DNA of 64,000 nucleotides from an uncultured Actinomycetota bacterium (GTDB taxonomy: Bacteria > Actinomycetota > Actinomycetes > Actinomycetales > CAWJMD01). Made by a program: the position numbers and the translations under genes. The stretch is taken from positions 398,474 to 462,473 of the forward strand of contig CAWIED010000001.1 in assembly GCA_963835085.1 (NCBI GenBank), given 5' to 3'. Below, piece after piece: positions 45,521 through 56,200 of this stretch (position 1 is its first letter; every line of letters starts with the position of its first letter). The notes beneath the pieces are model-generated. The model was given only the letters and a program-made list of their open reading frames with translations, was not told where the DNA came from and made no database searches.

Positions 45521-46174
45521 TCAGCTAGGCAGCTTCGTGGTGCGCAGGTACGGCTTGTGCGTGGTGAAACCGGGGTACTTCTGAGCAGCAACATCGTCGC
45601 TCACGGCGGTGGGGATGATGACGTCGTCGCCCGGCCGCCAGTTGACCGGGGTGGCCACGGCCTCGCGAGCGGTGAGCTGGATGGAGTCGAGCGCGCGCAG
45701 GATCTCGTCGAAGTTGCGGCCCGTCGACATCGGGTAGGTCATCGTCAGCTTGACCTTCTTGTCGGGCCCGATGATGAAGACCGTGCGGACGGTGGCGTTG
45801 GTGGCCGGGGTGCGGCCCTCGCCCGGCTCCTCCGCTGCGGGCAGCATGTCGTAGAGCTTCGCGACGTTGAGGTCCTGGTCGCCGATCATCGGGTAGGTGA
45901 CCGCAGCGCCCTGCGTCTCCTCGATGTCGGCCGCCCACTTCGCGTGGTTGTCGACGGGGTCGACCGACAGGCCGATCAGCTTGGTGTTGCGCTTGCTGAA
46001 CTCCGGCTCGAGCTTGGCCATGTAGCCGAGCTCGGTGGTGCAGACGGGGGTGAAGTCTTTGGGGTGGGAGAACAGGATTGCGTACGACTCGCCGATCCAG
46101 TCGTGGAAATCGATGTCGCCCTGGGTGGTCTGGGCGTGGAAGTCGGGTGCGGTGTCGTTGATGCGCACGGACAT
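45521..46174 (-). CDS. 1-Cys peroxiredoxin (Prx6-type, AhpC/TSA family)
   Basis: APDFHAQTTQG..ILFSHPKDFTPVCTTELG peroxidatic-Cys motif, 217 aa. Confidence 0.9.
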   Translation of the reverse strand: MSVRINDTAPDFHAQTTQGDIDFHDWIGESYAILFSHPKDFTPVCTTELGYMAKLEPEFSKRNTKLIGLSVDPVDNHAKWAADIEETQGAAVTYPMIGDQDLNVAKLYDMLPAAEEPGEGRTPATNATVRTVFIIGPDKKVKLTMTYPMSTGRNFDEILRALDSIQLTAREAVATPVNWRPGDDVIIPTAVSDDVAAQKYPGFTTHKPYLRTTKLPS

Positions 46175-46561
46175 GGCTGTTCCTCCGTCGATGCTCAGGT
46201 GCTGACCGGCTCAGTGCGCCCTGCTGGCGGCCGCCGGTCGGAAGTGCTATCGGATTCGTTCTCGATTGTGCCCCACGTGTCCAGCTGGAAAGACGCCGCG
46301 TCCACATGTTGAGATGTGAACAGCCTCACAGCCGCCCGGCAGATCAGGGCCTCCGGGATCGAGGCCACCATCAAGGCGCGTAAAGACCCGTTTGCCGGGT
46401 TCAGGCGCTGGTGCCCCAAGCCCAACGCATCAGATGCCATAACAACCGGTTCGTCACACGAGGCCGGACCCAAGAAGCCTCGTGACTCCGAAGCCGCAAG
46501 CGATGGGGGGCACCAGCCACCTAGGGTGTGAGCCGAGCTCTCGCGAAACGGAGTACGGCCA

Positions 46562-47962
46562 ATGGCGTTGTGGAAGGTGCACGGCGATGGAAGCCTGCGT
46601 CCAGGGGCGGTGGTAGCCCCCGACGAACGGCTCTCCTGGGGTAGGACGACGGGCCTGGGCGCCCAGCACGTGGTGGCGATGTTCGGCGCCACCTTCGTGT
46701 TCCCGCTGCTCATGGGCCTCAATCCCCAACTGGCCGTGATGATGTCGGGTGTTGCGACGCTCATCTTCCTGGCCATCGTGCGCGGCCGGGTGCCGAGCTA
46801 TCTGGGCTCGTCGGCGTCGTTTGTGGGAGTCGCCACCGCCATCTACGCGGCCGGCGGCAACCCTGCCGACGTCACCGGCGCGATGCTCTGGGTGGGGGTG
46901 GCTCTGGCCCTGGTGGGTGTGGTCATCCAGGTGATGGGACCGCAGGTGATCCATCGGGTGCTGCCGCCGGTGGTAACCGGCGGGGTCGTGATGCTCATCG
47001 GCTTCAACCTGGCTCCGGTGGTGGCCGGCACCTACTGGCCGCAAGACCAGTGGATCGCGCTCATCGTCATGCTGGTCGTGGTGGTGCTCAGCGTTGCCGT
47101 GCGCGGGTTCCTCGGGCGGATCGCGATCTTCCTGGCGCTCGTCATCGGCTACGTCCTGAGCTGGCTGGCCGATCTCGTCTTCGGCAAGATCACCTCGTAC
47201 AGCCCGGCGGCGGGGGAGGTCACCGCCCACCTGCGGGTCGACTGGAGCGCCGTGTCGAGCTCCCCGTGGATCGGGCTGCCACCGGTCACCGACCTGGCGC
47301 ACTGGAAGTTGCACTCCGCCAGCAACGTCGTGGGGTTGCACCTTCCCGCGTTTGAGCCCAGCTTCATCCTCATCGCGCTGCCCGTGGTGATCGCGCTTAT
47401 CGCGGAGAACACCGGTCACGTCAAGGCCGTCGCGGAGATGACCGGTGCCGATCTCGACCACGAGATGGGCCGGGCCATCATGGCCGACGGCATCGGCTCC
47501 GTGCTCGCGACCGCCGTGGGCGCAGGCCCCACCACCACCTACGCCGAGAACATCGGCGTCATGGCGGCCACCAGGGTCTACTCCACTGCCGCCTATGTGG
47601 TGGCGGCACTTGTGGCCGTGCTCTTCGGCTTCTCGCCCAAGTTCGGCGCGGTGATCTCGGCCACCCCCGGCGGAGTGCTCGGGGGGATCACGGTGGTGCT
47701 CTACGGCATGATCGGCCTGCTCGGCGCCAAGATCTGGAAGGAGAACGGGGTCGACTTCGCCAACCCGGTGAACCTCGTGCCGGTGGCCGCCGGAGTGATC
47801 ATCGGCATCGGCAACGTCTCGCTCATGGTGACCCACGACTTCGTGCTGTCGGGCATTGCCCTGGGCACCATCGTGACGATCGGTGTCTACCACCTGGCCC
47901 ATTGGCTGGCTCCGCGCGAGCTGCGTGAGGCGCCCCGGCCAGGCAGATCGAAAGCGAGCTGA
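46562..47962 (+). CDS. NCS2-family nucleobase (uracil/xanthine-type) permease
   Basis: GAQHVVAMFGATFVFPLL, ENTGHVKA and TTTYAENIGVMAATRV are motifs of the nucleobase:cation symporter-2 family. Confidence 0.85.
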   Translation: MALWKVHGDGSLRPGAVVAPDERLSWGRTTGLGAQHVVAMFGATFVFPLLMGLNPQLAVMMSGVATLIFLAIVRGRVPSYLGSSASFVGVATAIYAAGGNPADVTGAMLWVGVALALVGVVIQVMGPQVIHRVLPPVVTGGVVMLIGFNLAPVVAGTYWPQDQWIALIVMLVVVVLSVAVRGFLGRIAIFLALVIGYVLSWLADLVFGKITSYSPAAGEVTAHLRVDWSAVSSSPWIGLPPVTDLAHWKLHSASNVVGLHLPAFEPSFILIALPVVIALIAENTGHVKAVAEMTGADLDHEMGRAIMADGIGSVLATAVGAGPTTTYAENIGVMAATRVYSTAAYVVAALVAVLFGFSPKFGAVISATPGGVLGGITVVLYGMIGLLGAKIWKENGVDFANPVNLVPVAAGVIIGIGNVSLMVTHDFVLSGIALGTIVTIGVYHLAHWLAPRELREAPRPGRSKAS

Positions 47963-48191
47963 CAGCGCCCGGCGTGACAGACCGCGGCCAGATCGAGCTG
48001 TCAGCGGCGCGGTTCGGACGCGGCGGAGGTGACTCGAATTGTCAGTGGGGGCGCCTAGACTCAGGGACTGCACGACCACCTGAGCGTCCGCCCTCGAGAT
48101 CGGTGATGGCGGCCCGCGACGGCCTTCCCCGGTCGGCTGATGTCCTGTGCCCGTCTGGTGAGGAGGGCCCGTCTGTGAGGAGGCCGAATCC

Positions 48192-51100
48192 ATGGCTGAC
48201 CCGACTCCGTTGTCGGAGAGCTTCGTCCACCTGCACGTCCACACCGAGTACTCCATGCTCGACGGGGCGGCCCGCATCGGCGACCTGTTCGCCGAGGCCC
48301 AGCGGATGGGCATGCCAGCGGTGGCCACCACCGACCACGGCTACGTGTTCGGTGCCTACGAGTTCTGGAAGACTGCGCAGAAATTCGGCGTCAAGCCCAT
48401 CATCGGGGTCGAGGCCTACGTCACTCCCGGCACCCACCGCACCGACAAGACCCGGGTGACCTTCGGTGACGGCGGCCGCGACGACGTCTCTGCCCGCGGC
48501 ACGTACACCCACATGACCCTGCTGGCCCAAGACAACGCGGGCATGCACAACCTGTTCCGGATGAGCTCGATCGCCAGCCTCGACGCGGCCTTCGGCAAGT
48601 ACCCCCGGCTCGACCGCGAGCTGCTCAACACCTACGGCAAGGGCATCATCGCCACCACGGGCTGCCCTTCGGGAGAGATCCAGACGAGGTTACGGCTGGG
48701 CCAGTACAAGCAGGCCCTGGCTGCGGCGGCCGAGTTCCGCGACATCTTCGGCGCCGAGAACTACTACTGCGAGCTCATGGATCACGGCCTCGACATCGAG
48801 CGCAAGGTGCAGGCAGATCTGCTCCGGGTGGCCAAAGACCTGAACCTGCCCCTGCTGGCCACTAACGACCTGCACTACACCCGGGCCGAAGACGCCAAAG
48901 CGCACGAGGCGCTGCTGTGTGTGCAGTCCGGGTCCACCCTCGCCGATCCCGATCGTTTCAAATTCGACGCCGACGACTTCTACCTCAAGAGTCCCGACGA
49001 AATGCGCCGGCTGTGGCGTGAGCTGCCCGAGGCCTGCGACAACACGCTCGCCATCGCCGAACGCTGTGAGGTCTCCTTCGCCGAGGGCGAGGGCCGGTTC
49101 ATGCCGCGCTTCCCGGTGCCCGAGGGCGAGTCGGAGACCTCGTGGTTCGTCAAGGAGGTCGAGCGGGGCCTGCGGATGCGCTACCCCGCCGGCATTCCCG
49201 ACTATGCCCGCAAGCAGGCCGAATACGAGACCGACGTCATCGCTGGCAAGGGTTACTGCGGGTACTTCCTCGTGGTGGCCGATTTCATCACGTGGGCCAA
49301 AGACAACGGCATCCGGGTCGGACCGGGCCGCGGTTCGGGCGCCGGGTCGATGTGTGCCTACGCCATGCGCATCACCGACCTCGACCCGGTTCCGCACGGC
49401 CTGATCTTCGAACGGTTCCTCAACCCGGAGCGTCCGTCGATGCCCGACTTCGACGTCGACTTCGACGACCGGCGCCGCGGCGAGGTGATCCACTACGTCA
49501 CCGACAAGTACGGCGCCGACCGGGTGGCGCAGATCGTCACCTACGGCACGATCAAGGCCAAGCAGGCGGTCAAGGACGCCTCGCGCGTGCTCGGTTTTCC
49601 GTTCAGCATGGGCGAGCGCATCACCAAGGCCATGCCGCCGGCCGTCATGGGCAAGGACATCCCGCTGTCGGGCATCTTCGACCGCGAGCACAAGCGTTAT
49701 GCCGAGGCTGGCGAAGTGCGTCAACTCGTCCAAGACGATCCCGAGGTGGCCACCGTCTTCGAGACCGCCAAGGGCCTGGAGGGCCTCAAGCGGCAATGGG
49801 GGGTGCACGCGGCCGGGGTCATCATGTCGAGCGAGCCGCTGCTCGACGTCATCCCGATCATGCGCCGCGCGCAAGACGGGCAGGTCATCACGCAGTTCGA
49901 CTATCCGAGCTGCGAGGCCCTCGGCCTGGTCAAGATGGACTTCCTGGGCCTGCGCAACCTCACCATCCTCGACGACGCCATCGCCAACATTCGCAGCAAC
50001 CGCAACATCGAGATCGATCTCGACGCGCTGAGCAAAGACACCACCGACCAGGCCGCCTACGACCTGTTGAGCCGCGGTGACACGCTGGGCGTCTTCCAGC
50101 TCGACGGCGGCGGCATGCGCACTCTGCTGCGGCAGATGCAGCCCGACAACTTCGAAGACATCTCGGCCGCCCTCGCCCTGTACCGGCCGGGCCCGATGGG
50201 TGCCGATTCGCACACCAATTACGCCTACCGCAAGACCGGACGCCAGCCGGTCGAGCCCATCCATCCCGAGCTGGCCGAGCCGCTCGCCGAGATCCTCAAC
50301 ACCACCTACGGCCTGATCGTCTACCAGGAGCAGGTGCAGCAGATCGCGCAGAAGGTAGCCGGGTACTCCCTCGGCAAGGCCGACCTGCTGCGCCGGGCAA
50401 TGGGTAAGAAGAAGAAGGAGGTGCTCGACGCCGAGTTCGTGCCCTTCTCCGAAGGCATGAAAGAACGTGGGTACTCGGCAGCGGCGATCCAGAAGCTGTG
50501 GGACATTCTCGTCCCCTTCTCCGACTACGCCTTCAACAAGGCGCACACCGCGGCCTATGGGCTCGTCTCCTATTGGACGGCCTATCTCAAGGCGAACTAC
50601 CCGGCCGAGTACATGGCAGCCCTGCTCACCAGCGTCGGCGACGACAAAGACAAGTCGGCGCTCTATCTGGGCGAGTGCCGGCGCATGGGCATCACCGTGC
50701 TGCCGCCCGACGTCAACTCCTCGATCGGCATGTTCGCCGCCGTCGGCGACGACATCCGGTTCGGGTTGGCCGCCATCCGCAACGTGGGCGCCAATGTGGT
50801 GGCGGCCATCGTCGACGCCCGGCAGAAGAAGGGCGACTTCACCTCGTTCGAAGACTTCCTGCGCAAGGTGCCCGCTGTCGTCTGCAACAAGCGAACCATC
50901 GAATCCCTCATCAAGGCAGGTGCTTTCGACTCGCTCAGGCATTCGCGCCGGGGTCTGGCCGCCATCCATGAGGTGTACGTCGACTCGATCGTCGAAGACA
51001 AGCGCCAGGAGGCGATCGGACAGGACTCGCTCTTCGGTGGCTTTGGCGACGACTCAGGAGGCATACCCCTGTCGACGTTGCCGCCGATTCCCGACTACGA

Positions 51101-51743
51101 GTGGGACAAGCGCGAGAAACTGGCCAGCGAACGAGACATGCTCGGGCTCTACGTCTCCGATCACCCCCTGTTCGGGGTGGAGCACCTTCTCGCGCAAGCC
51201 AGCGACACTGCGATCTCCGCACTGGTGGCCGATGAAGGAGGCCGGCCCGACGGCTCTGTCGTCACCATTGCCGGCCTCATCACGCAGGTGACGCGCAAGA
51301 CCACGAAGGCGGGCAGCCTCTGGGCCATCGCCCAACTGGAAGATCTTGCCGGCAGCGTCGAGGTGTTGTTCTTTCCGCAGACCTACACCGCGGTCAGTCA
51401 CGAACTGCGCGAAGACGTGGTCTGCGTCATCCGTGGTCGGGTGAATCGTCGCGACGACTCCGTCGCCGTCAACGCCCAGGAGATGTCCCTGCCCGACATC
51501 TCCGACCCCGGTCGCACCGGGCCGGTCACGATCATGCTGCCCACCACCCGCTGCACCCCACCGATGGTTGGCCGGCTCAAAGACGTGCTGACCACCCACC
51601 CCGGAGTCACCGAAGTGCATCTTCGCCTGACCCAGGCCGACAAGGCCACGCTGATGCGTCTCGACGACACGTTGCGAGTCACTCCCTCGCCCGCATTGTT
51701 CGGCGATCTCAAGGCGCTACTTGGGCCGAGTTGCCTGGTATGA
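48192..51743 (+). CDS. dnaE: DNA polymerase III alpha subunit DnaE
   Basis: 1183 aa with a PHP domain (FVHLHVHTEYSMLDGA), a polymerase core (PDFDVDF..) and an OB-fold C-terminus. Confidence 0.97.
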   Translation: MADPTPLSESFVHLHVHTEYSMLDGAARIGDLFAEAQRMGMPAVATTDHGYVFGAYEFWKTAQKFGVKPIIGVEAYVTPGTHRTDKTRVTFGDGGRDDVSARGTYTHMTLLAQDNAGMHNLFRMSSIASLDAAFGKYPRLDRELLNTYGKGIIATTGCPSGEIQTRLRLGQYKQALAAAAEFRDIFGAENYYCELMDHGLDIERKVQADLLRVAKDLNLPLLATNDLHYTRAEDAKAHEALLCVQSGSTLADPDRFKFDADDFYLKSPDEMRRLWRELPEACDNTLAIAERCEVSFAEGEGRFMPRFPVPEGESETSWFVKEVERGLRMRYPAGIPDYARKQAEYETDVIAGKGYCGYFLVVADFITWAKDNGIRVGPGRGSGAGSMCAYAMRITDLDPVPHGLIFERFLNPERPSMPDFDVDFDDRRRGEVIHYVTDKYGADRVAQIVTYGTIKAKQAVKDASRVLGFPFSMGERITKAMPPAVMGKDIPLSGIFDREHKRYAEAGEVRQLVQDDPEVATVFETAKGLEGLKRQWGVHAAGVIMSSEPLLDVIPIMRRAQDGQVITQFDYPSCEALGLVKMDFLGLRNLTILDDAIANIRSNRNIEIDLDALSKDTTDQAAYDLLSRGDTLGVFQLDGGGMRTLLRQMQPDNFEDISAALALYRPGPMGADSHTNYAYRKTGRQPVEPIHPELAEPLAEILNTTYGLIVYQEQVQQIAQKVAGYSLGKADLLRRAMGKKKKEVLDAEFVPFSEGMKERGYSAAAIQKLWDILVPFSDYAFNKAHTAAYGLVSYWTAYLKANYPAEYMAALLTSVGDDKDKSALYLGECRRMGITVLPPDVNSSIGMFAAVGDDIRFGLAAIRNVGANVVAAIVDARQKKGDFTSFEDFLRKVPAVVCNKRTIESLIKAGAFDSLRHSRRGLAAIHEVYVDSIVEDKRQEAIGQDSLFGGFGDDSGGIPLSTLPPIPDYEWDKREKLASERDMLGLYVSDHPLFGVEHLLAQASDTAISALVADEGGRPDGSVVTIAGLITQVTRKTTKAGSLWAIAQLEDLAGSVEVLFFPQTYTAVSHELREDVVCVIRGRVNRRDDSVAVNAQEMSLPDISDPGRTGPVTIMLPTTRCTPPMVGRLKDVLTTHPGVTEVHLRLTQADKATLMRLDDTLRVTPSPALFGDLKALLGPSCLV

Positions 51744-52276
51744 GCGCTGTGCTGCCCGTGACTCGCGGTGGTGCGCGCCGCCTGCTGCTCAATGTGGCGG
51801 CGGTTCTCGCCTTGGGGGTCGTGGCAGGTGTGCTCTGGTGGGCGCTGGCCCCGCGCACGCTCGGCGTGGCAGGCGTCGGCCAGGCCGCCGCCTACCCGAC
51901 TCCCGACTATCCCAGTGCTGCCGTCATCACCACGTACTCTGCCGTGACGGTGGGCGCCGGACTGTTGGTAGGCATCCCGGTAGTGGCCAGGATCGATGAG
52001 CAGGTGGCCACCCGGGCGGCGGTTTTCATTGCTGCCGGTCTGCCGGCGGCGCTCATCGCCTACGGTGTGGGCTTTGTGCTGGGCCCGCCCACCATTGCTG
52101 CGCAAGTCGCCGCCAAGGCCGCCCACGTACAGGTGCCGCTAGTGCTGCCCAGCCCGCTGCTCGCGTTGGCCTGGCCGGCGGCTACTGCTGTGCTGTCCAC
52201 CGTGGGACTGCTCGTCTCCGGCATCCTGCGGCCGGGGGACACCGGCAGGCCGGGAGACCCAGGCAAGCCGAGATAG
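51740..52276 (+). CDS. Hypothetical 4-TM membrane protein
   Basis: ATG 51740 overlaps the dnaE stop (ATGA). It has hydrophobic segments and a Pro/Gly-rich tail. No family was recognised with confidence. Confidence 0.55.
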   Translation: MSAVLPVTRGGARRLLLNVAAVLALGVVAGVLWWALAPRTLGVAGVGQAAAYPTPDYPSAAVITTYSAVTVGAGLLVGIPVVARIDEQVATRAAVFIAAGLPAALIAYGVGFVLGPPTIAAQVAAKAAHVQVPLVLPSPLLALAWPAATAVLSTVGLLVSGILRPGDTGRPGDPGKPR

Positions 52277-52398
52277 GCAGGAGAGCCGGGAGACATTGGC
52301 AAGCCGCCTTGCATCCTGACAGGTCTGTGGACCCCGGCCGTCCCCTAATGAAGCCGGAAGCGTGTGCGCGCCGGCGAGCCAGCGCGCCGCCCTGAGTG

Positions 52399-52580
52399 CA
52401 CTATGACAATGCCCCGTGTGCCGGGCCACCGACATAGCGCCGGTCGACCCCGCCGTCCTCACCTACCGCTGCGACAGTGCCCCGCCGGCCGGGCCATCGA
52501 CAGAGCGCCGCGCGACCCCACCGGCCACATTCACCGCCGCGGGAGTGCCCCACCAGCTGGGCCACCGACACGGTGAATCC
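52399..52580. repeat. Degenerate palindrome-headed repeat, 3 units with 68-bp period
   Basis: (A/G)TGCCCCG..CCGGGCCA(C/T)CGACA(T/G)AGCGCC units have RTGCCCC cores at 52409, 52477 and 52545. They are related to the 13171-13209 and 35936-35975 palindromes. Confidence 0.8.
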
Positions 52581-52610
52581 CGCTCCTGGAAGCCGGAACC
52601 GTTGATCCCC

Positions 52611-53117
52611 TCACGAACTGATCGCGGCCACCGTCGCACCCGTAAGCCTCACGAGATCGGCAGGCGCGAGTTCCACGTCCAGACCTCGCCGGCCGGCGCT
52701 CACCAGTACGGTCGGCAGTGCGGTTGCGCTCTCGTCCAGAACGGTTGGCAATCTCTTCTTCTGGCCGAGCGGCGAGATGCCGCCCACCACGTACCCGGTG
52801 GCCTTCTGCGCCTGGTCGGCGTCGGCGAGAGTGGCGCGCTTGCCGCCCACTGCCTGCGCCGCGGCCTTGAGGTCTACCTTGCCCGTGACTGGGCAGATGG
52901 CCACCACCAGCCGCGAGTCGACGTTCAACACCAGCGTCTTGAACACGCTGGCAGGGTCGGCGCCCAGTGCCTCGGCAGCCTCCAGTCCGTAGCCGCCGGC
53001 CGCGTCCGCCGCTGCCGGATCGTGGTCGTACGAGCGCACAGTGTGCGCTACCCGGGCGCGCTCCAGAGCGGCGAGGGCAGGTGTCTTGGCCACGTCGGCC
53101 ACGCTAACGCACGCCAT
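52611..53117 (-). CDS. ybaK: Cys-tRNA(Pro)/Cys-tRNA(Cys) deacylase YbaK
   Basis: YbaK/EbsC pattern (TPALAALERA..VFKTLV..ATGYVVGGISPLGQKK). The start is ATG 53117 or GTG 53102. Confidence 0.8.
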   Translation of the reverse strand: MACVSVADVAKTPALAALERARVAHTVRSYDHDPAAADAAGGYGLEAAEALGADPASVFKTLVLNVDSRLVVAICPVTGKVDLKAAAQAVGGKRATLADADQAQKATGYVVGGISPLGQKKRLPTVLDESATALPTVLVSAGRRGLDVELAPADLVRLTGATVAAISS

Positions 53118-53277
53118 GCATCGACAAGCTCTGCTGGCGCCTTCCATGACGAGAAGTAGCGATGCGATAACGGAAGACTGATACTCCCCATGAGCGCCTG
53201 ACACAGGGGGCGAATCCTCATAAAGTCCGACTAAACGCGCACTCCAGGGCGCCTGGCCTCACAGAAGAGGGAAAGCT

Positions 53278-56200
53278 ATGAGTTCACGGCATGGGCGAAC
53301 CCGGCACGCAGTTCTGGCCGCGCTCAGCGTGGCCGCTCTTGCGGTGGCGGCAGCGCCGGCATCTGCAGCGCCAACCGCCGCCCCACGCCCTCCGGCAGGC
53401 GCGGGCACGTCCAGCGCAGTGGTCGACGGGCCTCCTCCGACGGCCCAGCTGTCGAGTCGGCTCGCGGCGGTGCTGAAGGGTCCAGGCAGCCACGACGTCT
53501 TCGTCCAGCTCAGCGGCCAAGGTGCCGAGGCCGCCTGGAAGGCGGGGGGCACTGCCGCCGGCAAGCGCCGGACGGCACAGATCGACGCCACCAGGAGCTC
53601 GGTGCTCGACACGGCCAAGAGCGCCGATCGGGGCACCACCCAACTGTTCGCCGTCTCTAACGCGGTGCCGGGCGTGGGCCTGCGCCTCGACGCGTCGGCC
53701 ATCACCCAGCTGGCAGCGCGCGCCGACGTCGTGAAGATCAGCCCGCTGGTGCCCAAGAAGCTCGACACGGCAGGCTCCGCCCAATTCAGCAAGGTCCTGG
53801 CCGCGTGGCAGAACACCGGGGTCACCGGCAAGGGTGTGCGCGTCGGCATCATCGACACCGGCATCGACTACACCCATGCCGACTTCGGCGGCCCCGGAAC
53901 CACGGCGGCCTACCAACAGGCCAAGGCCACGTCCACGGGGCCCTGGACGCCCACCCCCGTTGTGGTGGGCGGTTACGACTTCGTGGGTGATTCCTACGAC
54001 GGCAGCAACGTGCCCCACCCAGACCCCAACCCGCTCGACTGCGAGGGGCACGGCACGCATGTGGCCGGCATCGCGGCCGGCCGAGGGGTCAACGCCGACG
54101 GCAGCACTTTCACGGGCGACTACGCCAAGCTGAACGGCAAGGCGCTGTACTCGATGAAGATCGGCCCCGGCATGGCGCCCCAGGCCAGCCTTTACGCGCT
54201 GCGGGTCTTCGGCTGTGAAGGCTCGACGAACATGGTCATCCCGGCACTCGACTGGGCCATGGACCCCAATGGCGATGGCGACTTCTCCGACCACCTCGAC
54301 ATCGTGAACCTCTCGCTCGGCACCGACTACGGCACGGCCGACGATCCCGACAGCACGGTGCTCAACGCGGTGGCGGCCGCCGGAGTGCTGCCGGTGACGG
54401 CGGCGGGAAACGCCGAGGATCTCACCGACATCGCCGGCAGTCCGGGCAACGCGATCCGCAGTCTCGACGTGGCCAGCGAGGTGGACCCGTATCAGTTGCG
54501 CGACGGACTCAAGGTGAGCGCGCCGGCCAGCGTGGCCGGGGTGGCCGCTGGTCAGGACTCCAGCGACTACCCATGGCTGACAGAACCTGACGTCACCGGC
54601 ACGGTCGTTCAGCTCCCGGGAGCCAACTCCGACGGCTGCGACGCGCTATCGGCCCCCCAGGCCGCGACGGTCAAGGGCAAGGTCGCCTGGCTCGAATGGG
54701 ACGACAACTCCATCACCCGTCGTTGCGGCTCGGCCGCCCGTTCGGACAACATCGCCGCCGCTGGCGGTCTTGGGGTCGTGCTCTCGTCGCCGGTCGACGT
54801 GTTCAGTGCAGGCATCGCCGGCAGTGCCCAGATCCCGGTGTTCCAGCTCACGAAGACCGCGACGGACCAGCTCCGGGCCTCGGCAGCGGCAGGCACGCTC
54901 GTTGTGACGTTCTCCAACTCGCTCAAGGGTTCCATCCAAGAGATCGACCCTCAGATCGGCGGCACCCTGTCGTCGTTCAGCTCGCGCGGTGGCCCTGGCG
55001 TGACCGGAGTCGTCAAGCCCGACGTGGCGGCACCAGGTGACACCATCGACTCCGCGCTGGTGGGCGGCGGCTCCGCCGGCACCGTGGAATCGGGCACCTC
55101 GATGGCCACCCCGTCCGCAGCCGGCATCGCCGCACTGGTCAAGCAACGGCACAGTGGCTGGACGCCCGAGCAGCTCAAGGCCGCGGTGATGAACACCGCC
55201 AGCCGCGACGTCACCACCGGCCAGAACGGCACCGGCAACGTCTACCCGCCCAGCCGGGTCGGCTCGGGTGGCGTCGACGCCTGGTCTGCGGTCACCAGCA
55301 CGTCATTGGCCTACAACGCCGATGGCCAGGGCGGGGTGAGCGCCTCGTTCGGCGTGATCTCCGCGCCCATCGATGGCGGCAAGCTCGTGCAGACCCGGAA
55401 GGTCACGGTGCAGAACACCGGCGCCTCGGCCAAGTCGTACACGCTCTCCTACTCGGCCGCCACTCGGCAGCCGGGAGTCTCGTACTCGATCTCGCCCAAG
55501 CGGGTCACCGTCCCTGGCCGGGGTTCGGCGCAGGTCAGCGTGAGCGTGACCGTCGATCCCACGAAGCTCCGGCGCACCCTCGATCCCACAATGGCGCGCA
55601 CCCAGAACAATCCCATGCTGCTGAACGCCGCCGGTCAGCATCCGCTGGAAGCTCGGCAATTCCTGGCCTCGGCCTCCGGGCGGCTGCTGGTGGCCGTCGC
55701 CGGCAGCAGCACACCGCCGCTCCGCGTGCCGCTCTTCGCCAGTGCCCGCGCGATCTCGACCACGTCCAGTTCGGTGGTGAGTACCTCCACCGGCCGGGCC
55801 ATCGTGCAGCGAGGGGCGGGCGTCTCTCTCGACCGCACTGCCGCAGGACGCGCCCACTACCAGTCCCAGCTGTCCGTGCTGACGCTCGGTGCCTCCAGCC
55901 CCAAGCTCAAGCCCTGTGTCGGAGTCCAGTTGGCCGGTTGCCTGGCCGTGCCGTCCGCCGCGGGCGCCGACCTGCGGTATGTGGGAGCCGGAGCCGCCAC
56001 TAGCCCCACGAAGGTGCCGACCCTGTGGTTCGGCATCTCCACCTGGGGCAACTGGTCGTCGCTCAACGCTGCCCAGGCAGAGCCGATGGTCTTGATCGAT
56101 ACCAACGGTGACGGCGAGACCGACTACACCGTCGACGTCGGCCCGTTGCCCGGCACTGATCTGCTGTACGCCACGGTCTACAACGCCGATCTGAACTCGG

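Noticed and set aside
46175-46561. Possible purine/pyrimidine-responsive riboswitch or PyrR site in the 387-bp leader of the NCS2 permease. It contains an 8-bp hairpin CACGAGGC..GCCTCGTG at about 46458-46485.
   Set aside because: I could not match the purine riboswitch core, the PyrR binding loop, or any other motif I know. A single generic hairpin is insufficient. This would need an Rfam scan.
48690-50969. 759-aa antisense ORF inside dnaE. Similar long antisense or off-frame ORFs occur elsewhere (36321..37970 -, 34370..36010 -, 26602..28251 -, 22332..23696 -, 46454..48331 -).
   Set aside because: All lie opposite or out of frame to genes with unambiguous conserved motifs. They have Arg/Gly/His/Asp-rich low-information sequences. 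They are expected by chance at ~70% GC because stop codons are rare.
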